Positions 29,926 through 45,273 of a stretch of 64,000 nt of DNA are shown here, piece after piece. This DNA is from the human T2T-CHM13v2.0 reference genome, Homo sapiens, in NCBI RefSeq assembly GCF_009914755.1, contig NC_060937.1. One strand, given 5' to 3'. The notes beneath the pieces are model-generated. The model did no database searches and was not told where the DNA came from. It worked only from the letters and a program-made list of their open reading frames with translations. How positions within the stretch are numbered: the stretch's first letter is position 1; each line of letters opens with the position of its first letter. The translations under genes were made by a program, and so were the position numbers.

Positions 29926-30254
29926 TGAAAATATATCTCTCTACACATCAGCAAGGGCCAGTTGGACCAATAAAGAGCTATTACAATGATCCTCCCCAAC
30001 TATCTCTAATTCATATCGAAATTAGATCACCCAAAGATAAAGGGGGTAAAAACCACTTTATTTTATTTTGTGTGTATATGTAAGCTATCATAATAAATTT
30101 CTAGTTTTCCCTGGAAACTTACATCTTATAGACATTTTAAAAACACCTTTCTATCTATGAAAGCACCATCTTTGTGAATATATTTAAGAAATTGAGGGAA
30201 CAGTAGATTAAGCTAAAAAAAAAAAAAAGGCCCATACTGCATGTCTTTGTCTAT

Positions 30255-30732
30255 TGCGAAAGGAAAATAAAATCTCAGAACCCAAACTCACTATGACAAA
30301 GGGAAGGTTCAGCTTGAGCACTGAGTCACACAAAAGCTACATTTCTTCCCAAACAGCTGTAATTTCACATGCTTACTTTGTCTTATGTAAAATGTAGATC
30401 TACCAAGAGTGAGATGAATGCATAATCACTTCCCCTCCACTCCTCTTTTCATATGTAAAATATGGATTTGGTGAGTACTAATCAAAGTAACCACTTGTCA
30501 TACTGCCTACCTTCCTCCTTTTCTTTTTCTTCTCTTCCTTTCCCTCCTGTCTGCTCCTTTCTCTTTAAATATTGGTCCTCAAACTTCTTTGGAAAAAGCA
30601 CAGGCCACAGATCGTATTTGTAACTTGTGGCTTTTTTTGTTTGTTTTTTGTTTTTTCGAGGCGCATTCTCAATCTTGGCCAAATAAACCTCTAAATCAAT
30701 TAAGATCGATCTCAGACACTTTTTGATTTACA
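30255..30732 (+). mobile_element. MER4-family solo LTR (ERV1)
   Basis: Starts TGCGAAAGGAAAATAAAATCTC, AATAAA near the end, ends GATTTACA. Confidence 0.85.
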
Positions 30733-31084
30733 CCGTCTGTCAATCCATCCATAGATCCCTCTACCCATCTATTGTAGCTAGTCATTGACAACATGGCCCA
30801 GGAGAGTCATGGCCAGAACTGAGCTCAGAGGCTAATAGACCTAGGAGAAACATTGTCTCGGCATTATTAGAAGGTCATTAATTAATTAATTCAAATATTT
30901 TTGTAGACTTAACATGTGCCAGGCACTATTCTAGGATCTGGAGATGGATAGGCTACTGGGCTCCACAGAGTTTACATTCTAAGCTTTCAAATTAGGCAAC
31001 GTATCTTCCCACAGTGAGATCTCCTTGTTGGCCCAGGCAGTGCTCTAAGCTGGTGGGTGCTTGGAATTCCAATCTGTGTGATTG

Positions 31085-31710
<626 letters not shown>

Positions 31711-32417
31711 CAGAGAATATCATGTGACTGATTTTTAAGGGGCTGCTCTCACTCTCATACATGTACTGGATAGGATATGCTCAGTCCCTTCATCTAGCCT
31801 AACTCATTTGTCTCAGCCCTTACTCATAAATTGTTTAGGGATGATATTATCCCACTTAGTGGCCAGTCTCCCAAATCATCCCACCTATTTCATATGACAA
31901 CTCACCTTAAGATAAAGAGGAATGCCTTCCCTATTATAGCCTTGGCACTTTAAAAACAAGATCCCTACCTCGGTTTACTCCAGCTACCTTATGTGTTGGC
32001 CATCACTGGCCTGCTCTGGACACTAGAACTTTGCTATCCTAGTTGCCCTATCAACTAGAAATTCCTAAACTCACACATGAGAAACTGTAATGGGGACTAG
32101 GTAATAAAGAGGGTAGTACGTGCGAGAAAGTTATGTTATCTGAATGGTTCTGTGTTTTCTATCCTATGTTCTTTTACTGATACCCTGAAGGCTAGTTTTC
32201 TTTCCCCTAGCCTACAACTAAGGGGAAACAAGGACTCAAAGACACTTGCCTACATTTAGTTCAGATACATGTTTGTAAAGTATATTTTCCTCAAAGACAA
32301 GGCAAATTTGGGACTAAAGAAAGAGCTAAGATAGAGTGAGGAGTTATTCATTCTGGAGAGGAGAGAGCAGATACAATGCAATTTCTGAAAAACAATGCAA
32401 TTCCTAAAAGTGGGAGA

Positions 32418-32539
32418 GGCTGGGCATGGTTGCTCATGCCTGTAATCCTAGTACTTTGAGAGGCCAAGGTGAGAGGATTGCTCGACCTCAGGAGTTCAAG
32501 ACCAGCCTGACAACACAGTGAGACATCATAAATAAAAAT
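32418..32539 (+). mobile_element. FLAM/Alu left monomer
   Basis: GGCTGGGCATGG...GAGTTCAAGACCAGCCTG, short A tail. Confidence 0.85.
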
Positions 32540-35500
32540 GGAGAAAGATTATCTTCTTTTTTCTTTCTTTTTTTCTTTTTTTTTCTTGCATAGATAAAGG
32601 AGAAAAGTGGAAAGGACTTAGAACCCAACTGTTTACACATGTAGAGCCAGACTTCACTATGTCACTTCCTATGATCCACCATGGCCCAACAATTGTGGAC
32701 ATTTGGAAGCTCCTGGGGGTGAGGAACTTGGATAACTCAGGTGAAGAGGGAACTCCACTCCCTGAGCAAGGCAGAACTGAGCAGAGCCATCCGGGAATAT
32801 TCCTGAGAGCCAGAGCACAGGTGGACTCTGTATCACTGATATACAACCAGTAGATAGAAACCTGAGCAAGTAAACTTGAGGTGAGCATAGGAGAGGTCCA
32901 TCAGCAAATTTTAGGGATGTGGAGATACATGGATAAACTCTAGTGTTGAAAAAATGTTGGTATCTAGCAAAGAACCAAAACAGAAATGGAGATATGGGGC
33001 TGGTGAATGGATCAGAAACTTAATGTATTAGTTAACATGGTTTGGATACAGTAGTTCCCTAATTAACATTTTTCCTTTAAACATTCTGGCATTTATTGTT
33101 AACTTGGCAAGAAGTCTGGAGTTAAGCATTCCCAAAGACGGCTTGGAGATCAAGACCCAAGAATTTCCCCACACCATCCTCTCCCTCCCCTGCTGCCTTC
33201 CTCATATTGGCTTTGGGACCCTGGTTTATTGCTTTTGGGTCGCAAATTGGTTGTGAAAGCTGCAAAAGTCACACCAGCTCACACATGGTCTGAAAGTGAA
33301 AGAATGGAGAACAGGCATTGGTCTGTTTCTGTGATCCTCTGCCTTTTAATCATGGGGAAAATATTTCTGAGAAGCTCACAGGAGATGTGCCTTACATCTT
33401 ATTGCCCAAAATTAAGTCACATACCCACCTCCAGCTGGAAGGAAAATTATAGATGTTTATGTTCCCAGGGACAGGGATATTGGAATTGTTTTGGGGCAAC
33501 ACTAAGCCACTGGAAGTGAGGCACAAGGTCAGGGCAAGGATCTAGCATGAGCTTGACTTCATCCCAGAGCAGTGAAATTGACTGTGGACTCTTTTTTTTA
33601 TTTTTTTTTTTAATCTAGCGACAGATTCTAGGCTAAAATCAAACCCAGAGAAGAGGCTAGATTTCTTTGAGTGAGGAGTAAAGATGACAGGGCCCATTCT
33701 GAGAACCTTTGAATGCTAGATAGAGAATTTTTTTCCTTTGTCTATAAATAATGAAGATCTACTGCAAGTGTTTCAAGAAAGGAGTAACAATAAGAAATTT
33801 TAAACTAGTAGCAATGGGCAGCCTGGGTGTGAGCAGAGGTTAATCAGTGCCTTCTCCACTAGGGACTTTTTGCCTATGTGTGTACTTTCCTGCACATCCA
33901 AAATAAGACAGAAAAATCCACATGATATTCACCCTACAGTCGACAGAATAACCCTCAGGAAAGTTCACAGTGCCTTGGAAGAACACAACGAGCAGGAGTA
34001 CCTGAAGCTTTCAGACAGAGAGTGTCTGGTTCACTAAGTATAAAGGTTGACCAGTTATGAAGAAACACTTCACATGTAAAGATGGGCTAGGTAAAAGAGA
34101 TTATAAGTGATTATTCTTCAAATTTAAAAATGATTACGTCACCAAAAAGCACAAATGGATTAATGGAAAAGTTGAAGCTCTGGAATGTGGGAAACATAAA
34201 ATGTCTTAAATAGTAAAATAAAGACAAAAACAGTAGAAAAATTAAGGTATCATCCCTGAAATTCGTATGTCATTTTTAAGCTGAGTCCCTCTTACTTCTC
34301 AAGAATAACCACAAGAGAAAAGTTATAAGGACATAGCCAATGAAGAGTTTTATGGTTTTGCCCTCTCTGTCTTCAAGTAGAAAAAAACTGAGCTTAATTA
34401 TTCTATAATCATTACAATTTTCTCAGTCCTATTGCTCTTTGACCTTACACCAGTTTCTCCCTGGATAACTTAATATTCTCTACCATTTGAAAATCGAATT
34501 TCCCATATTGCTTTTATTTAAGAAGGTCACATAGCCATAGATATAATCACCTGATTAAAAAACCTTCAGCTTCAATGTTAAATGTATACTGCTTTTATCT
34601 TCTAATGGGATGAGTTTAGATGATCCCAAGCAATATTTTTAAACTGTCACTTAATCTTTTATAGCTAATAAGCTGTTCTACAAGATCATACTGATTATCC
34701 ACAAGGTTGTGTAACTTATCTTAGAAAATTTTTTTTTCTGCAGTGTAACTGATGTCACCAAAATACGAAAGTCTTTAATATTAGGATAAATTGATATTAA
34801 TCTTTAAAATAGCGATTTATAATAGGATGCAAACCAAAGTTTAAAAGATACAATCCAGTTTACACTTAGGTAATCAAACAAATATTTCTGAAGCATCATT
34901 GCCCATTTCTTCTATTTGTTTTAACTGGTCAGATTTTTTTGCTTTTGATCAAAGGCCATCACATGGTGTTTGACATAAGGAACTGAGTGTGATGAGAAAT
35001 GTAGAAAAAATTGGCACAACAGTGATTCTTCTAAGCAGGAAACTATGTAACATATCAGAGATGGTAACCTAATAAGAATTTTCATTACTGTGTTGTACTG
35101 GACCCGTTTAATAACTTAAACAAATTTAGCTCTGATTTTTAAACAGCAAATAAAAAATGATAGATGCTAAATATTGCATACATATCAGTACTAAAAAGTA
35201 AGCAACATCTTTTCCAGGATATTGTTTAAATTTACTTTTACCCCAACTGCTTTTGGATGTGGAAATCATGAGATAAAATTGTTATGAAAGAAATATGGCT
35301 CAGATATTTGTTAAATGCTTATTCGCTAGGCTAGAAGAGTCTTTCTTGAATCATGGCTAAAAAGATGGTCTAACAAAGCTCCACAGAGGAGTTTGAGCTT
35401 GAGACAGTATGATTTCCAAGACTATTGACTTCTTCATTTCAAAAACTTTCTAATACTCTAAGAAAAATAAGTTTCTTTTTAAAAAAAATCCAACTTCTTG

Positions 35501-36679
35501 TGTAGAAAATTTTGGTTGACTTTTTACTTGTGAACATTAATGTCTATGCATCATAACAAACAAAGAAAAACTTGTTTGGCTTCAGAAGTCAAAGACTTGT
35601 TTTCATCTTGGCTTCAGATATACAAAGTAACTGGGATGTTTGGTAGAGCCAAGGCAGTTTCTTAATCTCTGTCCCAGTACTGAGACTGAGTTATTTAGCC
35701 TTAGGTTCACTTTGTATAAACTCATGCCAGAGAAGATCACACACAGCAGGACATTTGCCCCTGGCCTTATCGCTGCAGACACAGGAGTATGATTCTAAAC
35801 CTTGGGTACCCTTTGCCTCAACTTCCTTTATTTTTCCAAGTCTTCAAGGCAAGGAATTTAGTCCAGCTCCATCATTCCACTTTTTCTCCCCAAACTATAA
35901 TTACTAACAGTAATAATACACTCAGACTTAATAGTTTTGTGTTGAGCTAGGCAAAGTTTTGATGCATAGCTTTCAGGAAAAATCCCAATTTTTGCCTACA
36001 CCTCATGAAATGAAGGACTCAACTAAAGAGAACTTTACCTTTCCTCAATTCATAATAGCAACACCAGAAACCTGTTTTGAAATTATTTTGTAAGATTTCC
36101 TATTCCACAGAGTATTTATGTCATCCCAATTCTACTCGTTTTATGCAGAATGACATTTTTGGAGTTCCAAATTCTGACAGTATGTGCTACAATTCAGCAA
36201 TGTACAATTATTGAGTGTGAGGCCTCCCAAAAGCAGCTTGATTGAGGGCACAAACTAGTAATAAACAGGGTGGATCTAAATTGTTTTTCTAATCCCCAGT
36301 ACAATACACTTTTCACAATTGTTTCCAGTGTCTTTTACTATACCACCATCAATATGGATTCACGCCTAATGATGACATTTATGTTTTTATTTGGCTTGTT
36401 ATAAAAAACACAATTTTGACCCTATTCTTATGCAACTTAGTAGTCAATTCTCTCAGCTGCAATTAATCATGATCTGAGTAGACACTGCAGTTTTGACAAA
36501 GCTGGCAGGAAATGTCACACAGTCGGTAGCCAAGAGGGCCACGTTACAAAAGACAACAAGACAGAAGGCACAATAGCTTAACATTCCAATTTGCCTTTTC
36601 TTCCCATCATTCTCACCTCCTGGGGAAGGGAAAGAGAATATTAGAATACTAACAGTATCTTCCATAACTTGATACCCTA

Positions 36680-38027
36680 TATACTGTCATATACAGGTTT
36701 CCAATAACTTTAAGATCAATGGACTAAATAAAAATTTTCCAAAACTCTAATAAACGACAGATGGATTTAGGAAGCTGCTGATCAAAATCAAGGAGAACAA
36801 AAATCAATTACATGTGATTAAGTACATTGATGAAGGTATTGTTTTTATGACTTTTATTTGAAACATTGTTGGATCATTACTTAAATGTTTTGTTTTCCAG
36901 ATTTAAGGAAATGTTCTCTCTTTAGCTATCTATAGCTTACAGCAATTTGGTAAAGTATACTTTTTGAACAAAGATGGAAACATTTGCCTTTTCTCCCTAG
37001 TTGATCCCTCTGACATTCAGGAACTATTTATGAGTACTGTTATGGCAATATGGATATTTGCATAAGTTCAATAAAAATCTGCTCTCTTTACAACAGAGCA
37101 CAATTAGAAACATTGGTTATATTACGAAGGCTTTGATTGGAATATAATATTTGAGAATGTACATAGAAAAAGCCTGGCTTCAAAGGTTCCTAGTTTTACA
37201 GTGAGTGAGTGAAAGTTGTCACTGCCTAGCAGGTCCAGTAATCTTAAAACAGTAGTTAAAATCGAAAATCTGCCCTGGTTTGGCTTTCTAGCTTCAAAAG
37301 GTTTTTGAATCTGAGATTCCTATGTAATCATGTAAAGAAAAAAAGTTACGTTTCTAAAAGTAACACTATTATACACCAGTATTAGATTATAGGCCTGTGC
37401 ATTAGTTTCAAGTTCTTGTTATCTACCTATTGACTAGACTAAATCCTAAATTCTTCTAGCTTCCTCCTATCCAAGTTTCTTCCATGGAATTATTAAAAAT
37501 AGGAACTGCTCTGTTTCTAAAGCCCTATCACCTTAAGTTAGTTTTAAAGAACAAGTCTTATGCATGATGTACAAGCCACACAGAAAGTTCATCAGGCTGT
37601 TTGGTTCCATAACCAGCGACATTCAGACTGCAAACCAGGACAAGAAGTTGATGACTTCACGATGCAGGCAGCTTTTCTCAAGACGTAGAGTAAGACTCCA
37701 TACCAAAATAAGACTCTTACCCCTTGTAATGTTACCTTTTCAATGACAGAATAATGGTATTATTAAAATTTTATAATCTGTAGCTTCTGCTGGTAACTCG
37801 ACAGAATCTGACCTAAGAGATCCGCTACTTCACGTGTCACGTGAAGGATATCTTGGCAAAGGATATCAGAATCTGACTTAAGAGATCCTCTACTACAATT
37901 TGGAGTAACTCCCTCAATATGCACATAATTTACTATGATGTGCATATTCCCATTGCAATGTCCCATTCCTGAACAAACATCACTTTCTTTTAGAGAACCT
38001 CTCTCTTTTTGTTATGTAGGTTGACTA
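36680..38027 (+). mobile_element. ERV1 MER4-group internal fragment joined to an LTR 3' end (MER65-like)
   Basis: AT-rich internal motifs (AGCTATCTATAGCTTACAGCAATTTGGTAAAG, CAAACCAGGACAAGAAG); LTR end TTCCCATTGCAATG...TTTTAGAGA...TAGGTTGAC. Confidence 0.75.
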
Positions 38028-38486
38028 TATATTCTTACTTTAGGTTATATGGGCTCCAGGTTTATTTTTAAGTCTACTGGATAAAGACTATATAATCTCC
38101 CTTAGAAACCTAGAGTGGAAATATTTTAAGGAAAGCAAATGTAAGAAAAATTAGCTGCCACTCCAGGCGGAATTCTCTAGGTTAAATCTAACTGGTGCTA
38201 CAGCAAATTAATTTCCAGCTACTTGCTCCACTGTATCTTCCTGATGAAAACACGTCCCTTCCTGGTTTGCCCAAAAGCCTTCATTCATGCATCAACTTTG
38301 TCCATGAACCTTTGATTCCTCTTGTTCTCTAGACCCTCCTTTTAGTGTCTGCTTGTTCTTCCAAAATCAACTTTAATACCCTCAAACTATTTTGAATATA
38401 GTTAATCACTTTTGGACTCTGTTTTGAGGGGTTGTATTCTGTATTTCTTTTCACCTAATCTCTACAATATTCCTCCCTATAGCTGA

Positions 38487-38816
<330 letters not shown>

Positions 38817-39242
38817 GGGAATTTACATTTTGATTTGTGCAGACACAAGGAAAACAGAGCCAAATGTTCCTTGCCTTAGTTTAGTAATCCTTTTATAGTT
38901 ACCTATATGCATCACGACAATTTCTAAAATAAGCTAATGTTAACTTTGTTATCATAAAACCAATGCCCTATAAAGTGAAGCATAATTAGTGCTTCATCTG
39001 TATGAGATAAATATTATATATTGAAATATTGAACAAATTTGCTCTAGCTTTACAATGTAAATGATAAGCTATTCTTTGCCTTTTAATTGTGCCACAGGTA
39101 TGGAACAAAGAAACAGTCGTAGAAACACAGAATCAATCTTAACTCTACAAAAAAGGATAGTCCACTGGGATTTCTACCAAGGAGAACCATCCCATGCAAT
39201 TTCCTTGTACAATGACCCATTCGTTGCTTTGTATGAAAACAC

Positions 39243-40030
39243 TGTCCAGAGGAAAACTTGTCATTTTCCAACTTGGGTCCAGTGTTTGGAAGCTTGCAAA
39301 TTAACTGACAATAGATTAAAAGAAGATACGCCGAGCGTGGCGGCTCATACCTGTAATCCCAGCACTTTGAAAGGCCAAGGTGGAAGGATTGCATGAGCCC
39401 AGGAGTTTGAGACCAGCCTGGGAAACACAGTAATACCCTGTCTCTACAAAAAAAAAAAATTTTTTTTAATATTAGCTGGGCATAGTGGTGTGTGCCTGTA
39501 GTCCCAGCTACTCAGGGACTGAGGTGGGAGGATCACTTCAGCCTGAGAGTTTGATAGATCAAGGCTGCAATAAGCTGTGTTTGTGTCACTGCACTCCAGC
39601 CTGGGCCATACAGTGGGACACTATCTCCAAAAAGAAAAAGAAAGATAAAGAAAAGAAAGGAGAATAGACAAGGTTTATTTATACAGACTCAGTGATGAGT
39701 AACTCACTGAATAGCCAGAGATAAAGGATTTATATTCCACATTTGACAAAATGTGGAGGCAGGGAAGGGAGGGAGGGCTTCCATGGAAGACATGGAGGGT
39801 TCTATTGGGCTTTTGATGCTAAGGAAAATGGGAAGTCTGTCTCCACAGCAGCTGAATTCTCAGAAAACTCCCTTGGAGGGGAGTACAGAGCAGCAACATT
39901 TTCTGAAAGTGCTGCATTGGCCCAATAAAAGAAGTTCAGTTATGATTTCTTTCTGTATCTTACTTAGCTCAAATATTTTCACTTGAAAATTATTTTTATA
40001 CTGACTCTGGAGGTCCAAGTGGGTCCCACA
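39243..40030 (-). mobile_element. Old ERV1-type solo LTR split by an AluJ
   Basis: TG...CA termini, near TSD ACAC/AAAC, MER34-group-like end motif AATCTATTGTCAGTTAATTTGC on the minus strand. Confidence 0.55.
39330..39660 (+). mobile_element. AluJ
   Basis: Full dimer, J diagnostics, (GAAA)-type tail. Confidence 0.93.
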
Positions 40031-41613
40031 AAACTATTACTGTTTTCAAATGCACATAACCGAAAGAGCAGGGCACAATGAGTAATGAACATTCATTGAC
40101 CTTCATGAGTTTCTACATTATAAACACAGATTTATCCTCATGGTTTGACTGATGACCCTGTTTAAACCACATTGTGAGATGGGAGTGGGGGTAGAGGAAT
40201 CTCACAGCACTAGCAAGTATGGAAAAGGAATATAACTTCACCAACAATACTACAAAAACTCACAATGGATGAGGGTGGAGTCACATTTCATATTTATCTC
40301 TCCATAAATTTGATTGACATACTCATGCTACACCACCTATCCAGTCTGAATTCTGCCACTCTTTGGCTTTTCTCCTTCAAGGACATTTTAATTGGATATA
40401 AACTATTTGGAAGTTGGAGAAGCACACAATTGTTCTACATATCTCCCTGTAGAAGGGAAATATGATTTAATGTTTTTCAAAGGAATGAATTACTAAATTC
40501 TTCTCATAAACTTTTAGATGGGATTCTCAGGGAAACAAAATGACTTTCCTGAGTAAAATGTTTTTTAAATTCCTTGTTGAAAAAAAATTTCGTAAATAAA
40601 TTATATCTTTCAATATTTGTTTTTAAGTAAAAGCAAATGATTACTAGTTTCTGGATTTTTAAAGTAGACACAATTTGAATCTACAGTGCGTGTAAGCATG
40701 AGCCTAAACACATAGTCTCCAGCATTTTTGTGCAGCCACTTTTATCATGTGTGAAAAAACACTTTGCCTGGATCAAAAATCATAGCTCATTTATTAAAAA
40801 TCTCCATTGAAACCACACCCATAAAAAGTATTAATAGATATCCCTTGGCTCTTGAGCATGCCTCCAAGACAGTTTTAATGATTTATAATGCCCTGAGAGA
40901 CTGAGGTCTATATATGAAATCTTAATTCCTGCTCTGAGCCTTACAGATTTTATCCAAGAACTAATAGTGTTAGTATAAACATACCCTAAAGGGTCAGACT
41001 TGCTAATGCACATTTAATTCTTTCCATGGAAGACCATCTCCCTTGAGAAAACTGTCTAATCATAAAAGTAACAGAGATTTGCAGCAAGAGCCTGACACTG
41101 AATATAGAATAAGTAAAGAAGGAGATAGCTGGGTTTGATCACAGCCCTTAACAAAATCCCTTTACCGCTGGGATTTTTGGTTAACTAAAGCTCATCGCTT
41201 CTAATCGGGAGAAATGCAGAAGGCCCTGAGGCCCAAATAGGAGAAAGTTATGTGGCCAACATGGTAAATACATTTCTAAAAGGAGAAATGTCATTACTTA
41301 GGGAAAGAACTAGTAAGATGTTACTGCTCACCAAAATTCCAATGTCTTAGAAAGAAACCGTCATTATTGTTTATATTCTCTGAGGGCATCCTCTCTTCTA
41401 GGCTTCATGTAAAAGGAAATATAAACTACTTTAGCAGCATAATTCAATCGTTCTACATTGTACCCTTTTTATTGCAGGGAAACAGCATTCCTCAGGAGCT
41501 TTGTAACATGGTCTCTAACCATATTTGCTGATTTATTAGGACAGTAACAAATAGTTATTCTGAATAAAAATCTCACTAGAGTATCAAAGCTTGTTGGAAA
41601 TTATGATGAGTGA

Positions 41614-41941
<328 letters not shown>

Positions 41942-42463
41942 AATGCTAATTTGTTGTTGGCAAGTGACACTTTTTAGAAGTTTTGTCTTAACAGTGGGTG
42001 CTAAATTAGCCTCAGCATTAGCAATTTTTGATTTTCAGTGTATTTTTTTCCTATCTGCAGATACTGATGAAGGATAAAAATTGTTGCACATAGTGATGCT
42101 TATTCATTTCAGAGAGATAGCATTGCCATAATCACAAGCTTGGATTTACACTAATGAAGGGACTCTCTGTCCAAGCTTGTGTAAGTGAAATTACCTGGGT
42201 GTGTCTTTTATTCCTCCTCCTTTTCCTAAAATGGCTGCAATGCTCTTTCCTGGGAACTTTGGTTCACATTTGAAAGGAGACTCCATGGAAAATGTGTTAG
42301 TTATCCCAACTTTTACTCCTACTGAGCTTTGAATCACTTAACGCACAATTCAGGTAACCAATGTATTCATGACCACCAATATGATAGCTGGTTGTATAAT
42401 AGAAAACTTTCAAAATGATTATATAGAACAAAGCATAAACTGTTCCATCTGAAAATAAACTTT

Positions 42464-42827
<364 letters not shown>

Positions 42828-43889
42828 TTAGCAAGTTCAATAAATAGTTCTGTTCTTTAGCACACTCTTATTACTCATTTCTTTAACATTTACCTCTCCA
42901 AAGTAGTTAATTACTTATCAAGTAATTAATTTATTTAGTAAATTAAACAATTACAATTACAACAATTGCTTAACACTAACTAAAAATTTATATGGATGGA
43001 TAGCTTCAGAATCCTGTCTTACTGGAAACAAAATTAGCCTGTTTTTTGGAAACCTGTCTCCCTGCTATAGCTGTAGAGGTTATCACTGGCCCCAGTGAAG
43101 TATGTACCACTGAAACACGGCACATCCACATCCCAGCTACAGTCACCTCATCCTGCCAAGTGCATCGCAAACCAAAGGACAAACTCATGGTCATCTATAT
43201 CTAAGACATTGTATTCTTCTGCCCACTACTTATTAGGTCTGTGGTATCTCAGACCTAGCAGGGGAGCTTGCTTAAGTGCATGGCTTCAGGGATTTTATAC
43301 CATTGATTCATTTAGTCATAGTTTGCAGTCGGTAGATATTCTTTTAACTGTTTTAAATTAGGATATGCTAGTGTCTTCTGCATCATATCAGCTGATTACT
43401 TTTGCACAGGAAAAGATTCACCTTGGGTCCCAATAAACTAGCCAATAACCCAACAATCAGGTAATCCCCGTTTCTCTGAGGTGCAACACAAATTTTAATT
43501 CACAAATTCTATTTGGTTTAGGAGAACTGAAACAGACTGGTGTGTTTATTCTCCAGTGTTCACTTTGTTTCTGTCAAAGGTAATGCATTTTTAATATACT
43601 ATTAAATGTTATAATAAAAAATACATAGGCATCTAATTCTGAACTTTCCTACTGCTGAGTGAATTCTAAGTTTATTTTAATAGCTATTATACTGAGTGTA
43701 GTTATAATACTAAAGAATTATCCTATTGAAGATTACCAAATAATCTGTTCTCTTTGATAGAGGAGTTACCCCAAAGTAGACATTTACATTTAATTATTTC
43801 TGTACCTAACATTAAAAACTGTACCACTTGAAAAGAATAAGCTAAATTTTAGCTTTATCTGATGCAAAAAAAAATGAGAAAATAGAGAC

Positions 43890-43968
43890 TTTGATACATA
43901 ATTGCACATATTTATGGAATATATGTGATATGTTGATACATGCATACAATGTATAATAAAAAATCCAG
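43890..43968 (-). mobile_element. L1MA-type 3' end, first piece (continues at 44371-44407 and 50666-50725)
   Basis: The pieces join into the L1MA end: CATATTTATGG...CATACAATG / GATATCCATCACCTCAAAC / ATTTATCATTTCTTTGTGTT. Confidence 0.75.
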
Positions 43969-44370
43969 TGTTGTGAGAAAAACTTGGGACTATAATGTCT
44001 TCCACAAACTGGGAGGGAAACAAGAGAACAAAGAATGACTAAAGCAAGTCCAGTTTGACAAATAGATGAGTTTATTAGTGCTTACATACAGGGAACTCCT
44101 GGACAGCTACAGGAGAGCACTGGATATCTGTCCTACCTCCTGTCTCTAAACTGCTTTTAAGGTAATTTTTTGGCTCTTTTGCTACTGTGTTTGAGCAATA
44201 AGACTATTTTTCTTGGTAGGTTCTCAGATACTCTCTGGGATGTTTGGGTTCTCAGAGACACTGGCTCCTTGGCTGGGAACCATGGCCTTGGCTTATTGCC
44301 TAGCTGCCAAGGGTTCAAGCAGCAGACATAACCCACTTAAGTAACCTGGTGGGGGATCTGTCACGATAAA
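43969..44370 (-). mobile_element. Solo LTR of the same family as the 3131-8152 provirus LTRs
   Basis: Reverse complement aligns (CCCCCACCAGGTTACTTAAG, CTGAGAACCCAAACATCC); 5-bp TSD TCCAG/TCTGG. Confidence 0.9.
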
Positions 44371-44406
44371 TCTGGGAAATTTAAGATATCCATCACCTCA
44401 AACGTT

Positions 44407-44903
44407 ATTTTTTCTAGATTTTATATTTGTTCACGGTCTGATGGGCGGCACTGACATGGATACATGTGAGTATACAGTAAGTGCTCACTGAATTTCTCTT
44501 GAGTGATAAGCTAGGATACAAGGTATCAGAAAAAAAGGAGTAAGGATGGGCATTGGATACAGATGTCAGGGAAGTCTGAATGTCTTTTGCTGGTTAAAAG
44601 AACAGGATACTTTTTATTTTCATTCTAAACCATGCCTGATCCTTGCCCCCTATATCAATGTATCACTTCCTTGATGGCCCCTCAAACATGACTTCTTTGA
44701 AGTTGAGGGTCATTGACAAAGGCTCCTTGGAAGTGCACCGTGGCTACTAAAATTTCTGTCTGTGCTTTGTGCCTGGGTATCAGTACACGTGTCAACTGAG
44801 GTTTTCTTATTATTTAAATTTCTTCCTTCATCTGATTAATAAAACAATGCATACATGTACTTCATGCATATATAACATACCTTTTTACATTTCTCTTTAC
44901 TTT
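44407..44903 (-). other. ~500-bp non-L1 insert (orphan retro-insertion or L1 3' transduction)
   Basis: Interrupts the L1MA piece; short T tract at the left end; flanked by TCAAAC(G/A)TT at 44398-44406 and 44904-44912. Confidence 0.65.
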
Positions 44904-44910
44904 TCAAACA

Positions 44911-45217
44911 TTTTTTTTATTTCAGTAGGTTTTTGGGGAACAGGTGGTGTTTAGTTACATAAATAAGTTCTTCAGTGGTGATTTTTGAGATTTTGGGGCA
45001 CCCATCACCCGAGCAGTATACACTGTACCTAATGTGTAGTCTTTTATTCCTTGCCAACCCCCATTCCTTCCCCCGAGTCCCCCAAGTCCAATGTTTCATT
45101 CTTATACCTTTGTGTCCTCATAGCCTAGCTCCCACTTGTGAGTGAGAACATATGTTTGGTTTTTCATTCCTGAGTTACTTCATTTACAATAATAGTGTCC
45201 AAATCCATTCCAGTTGC

Positions 45218-45273
<56 letters not shown>

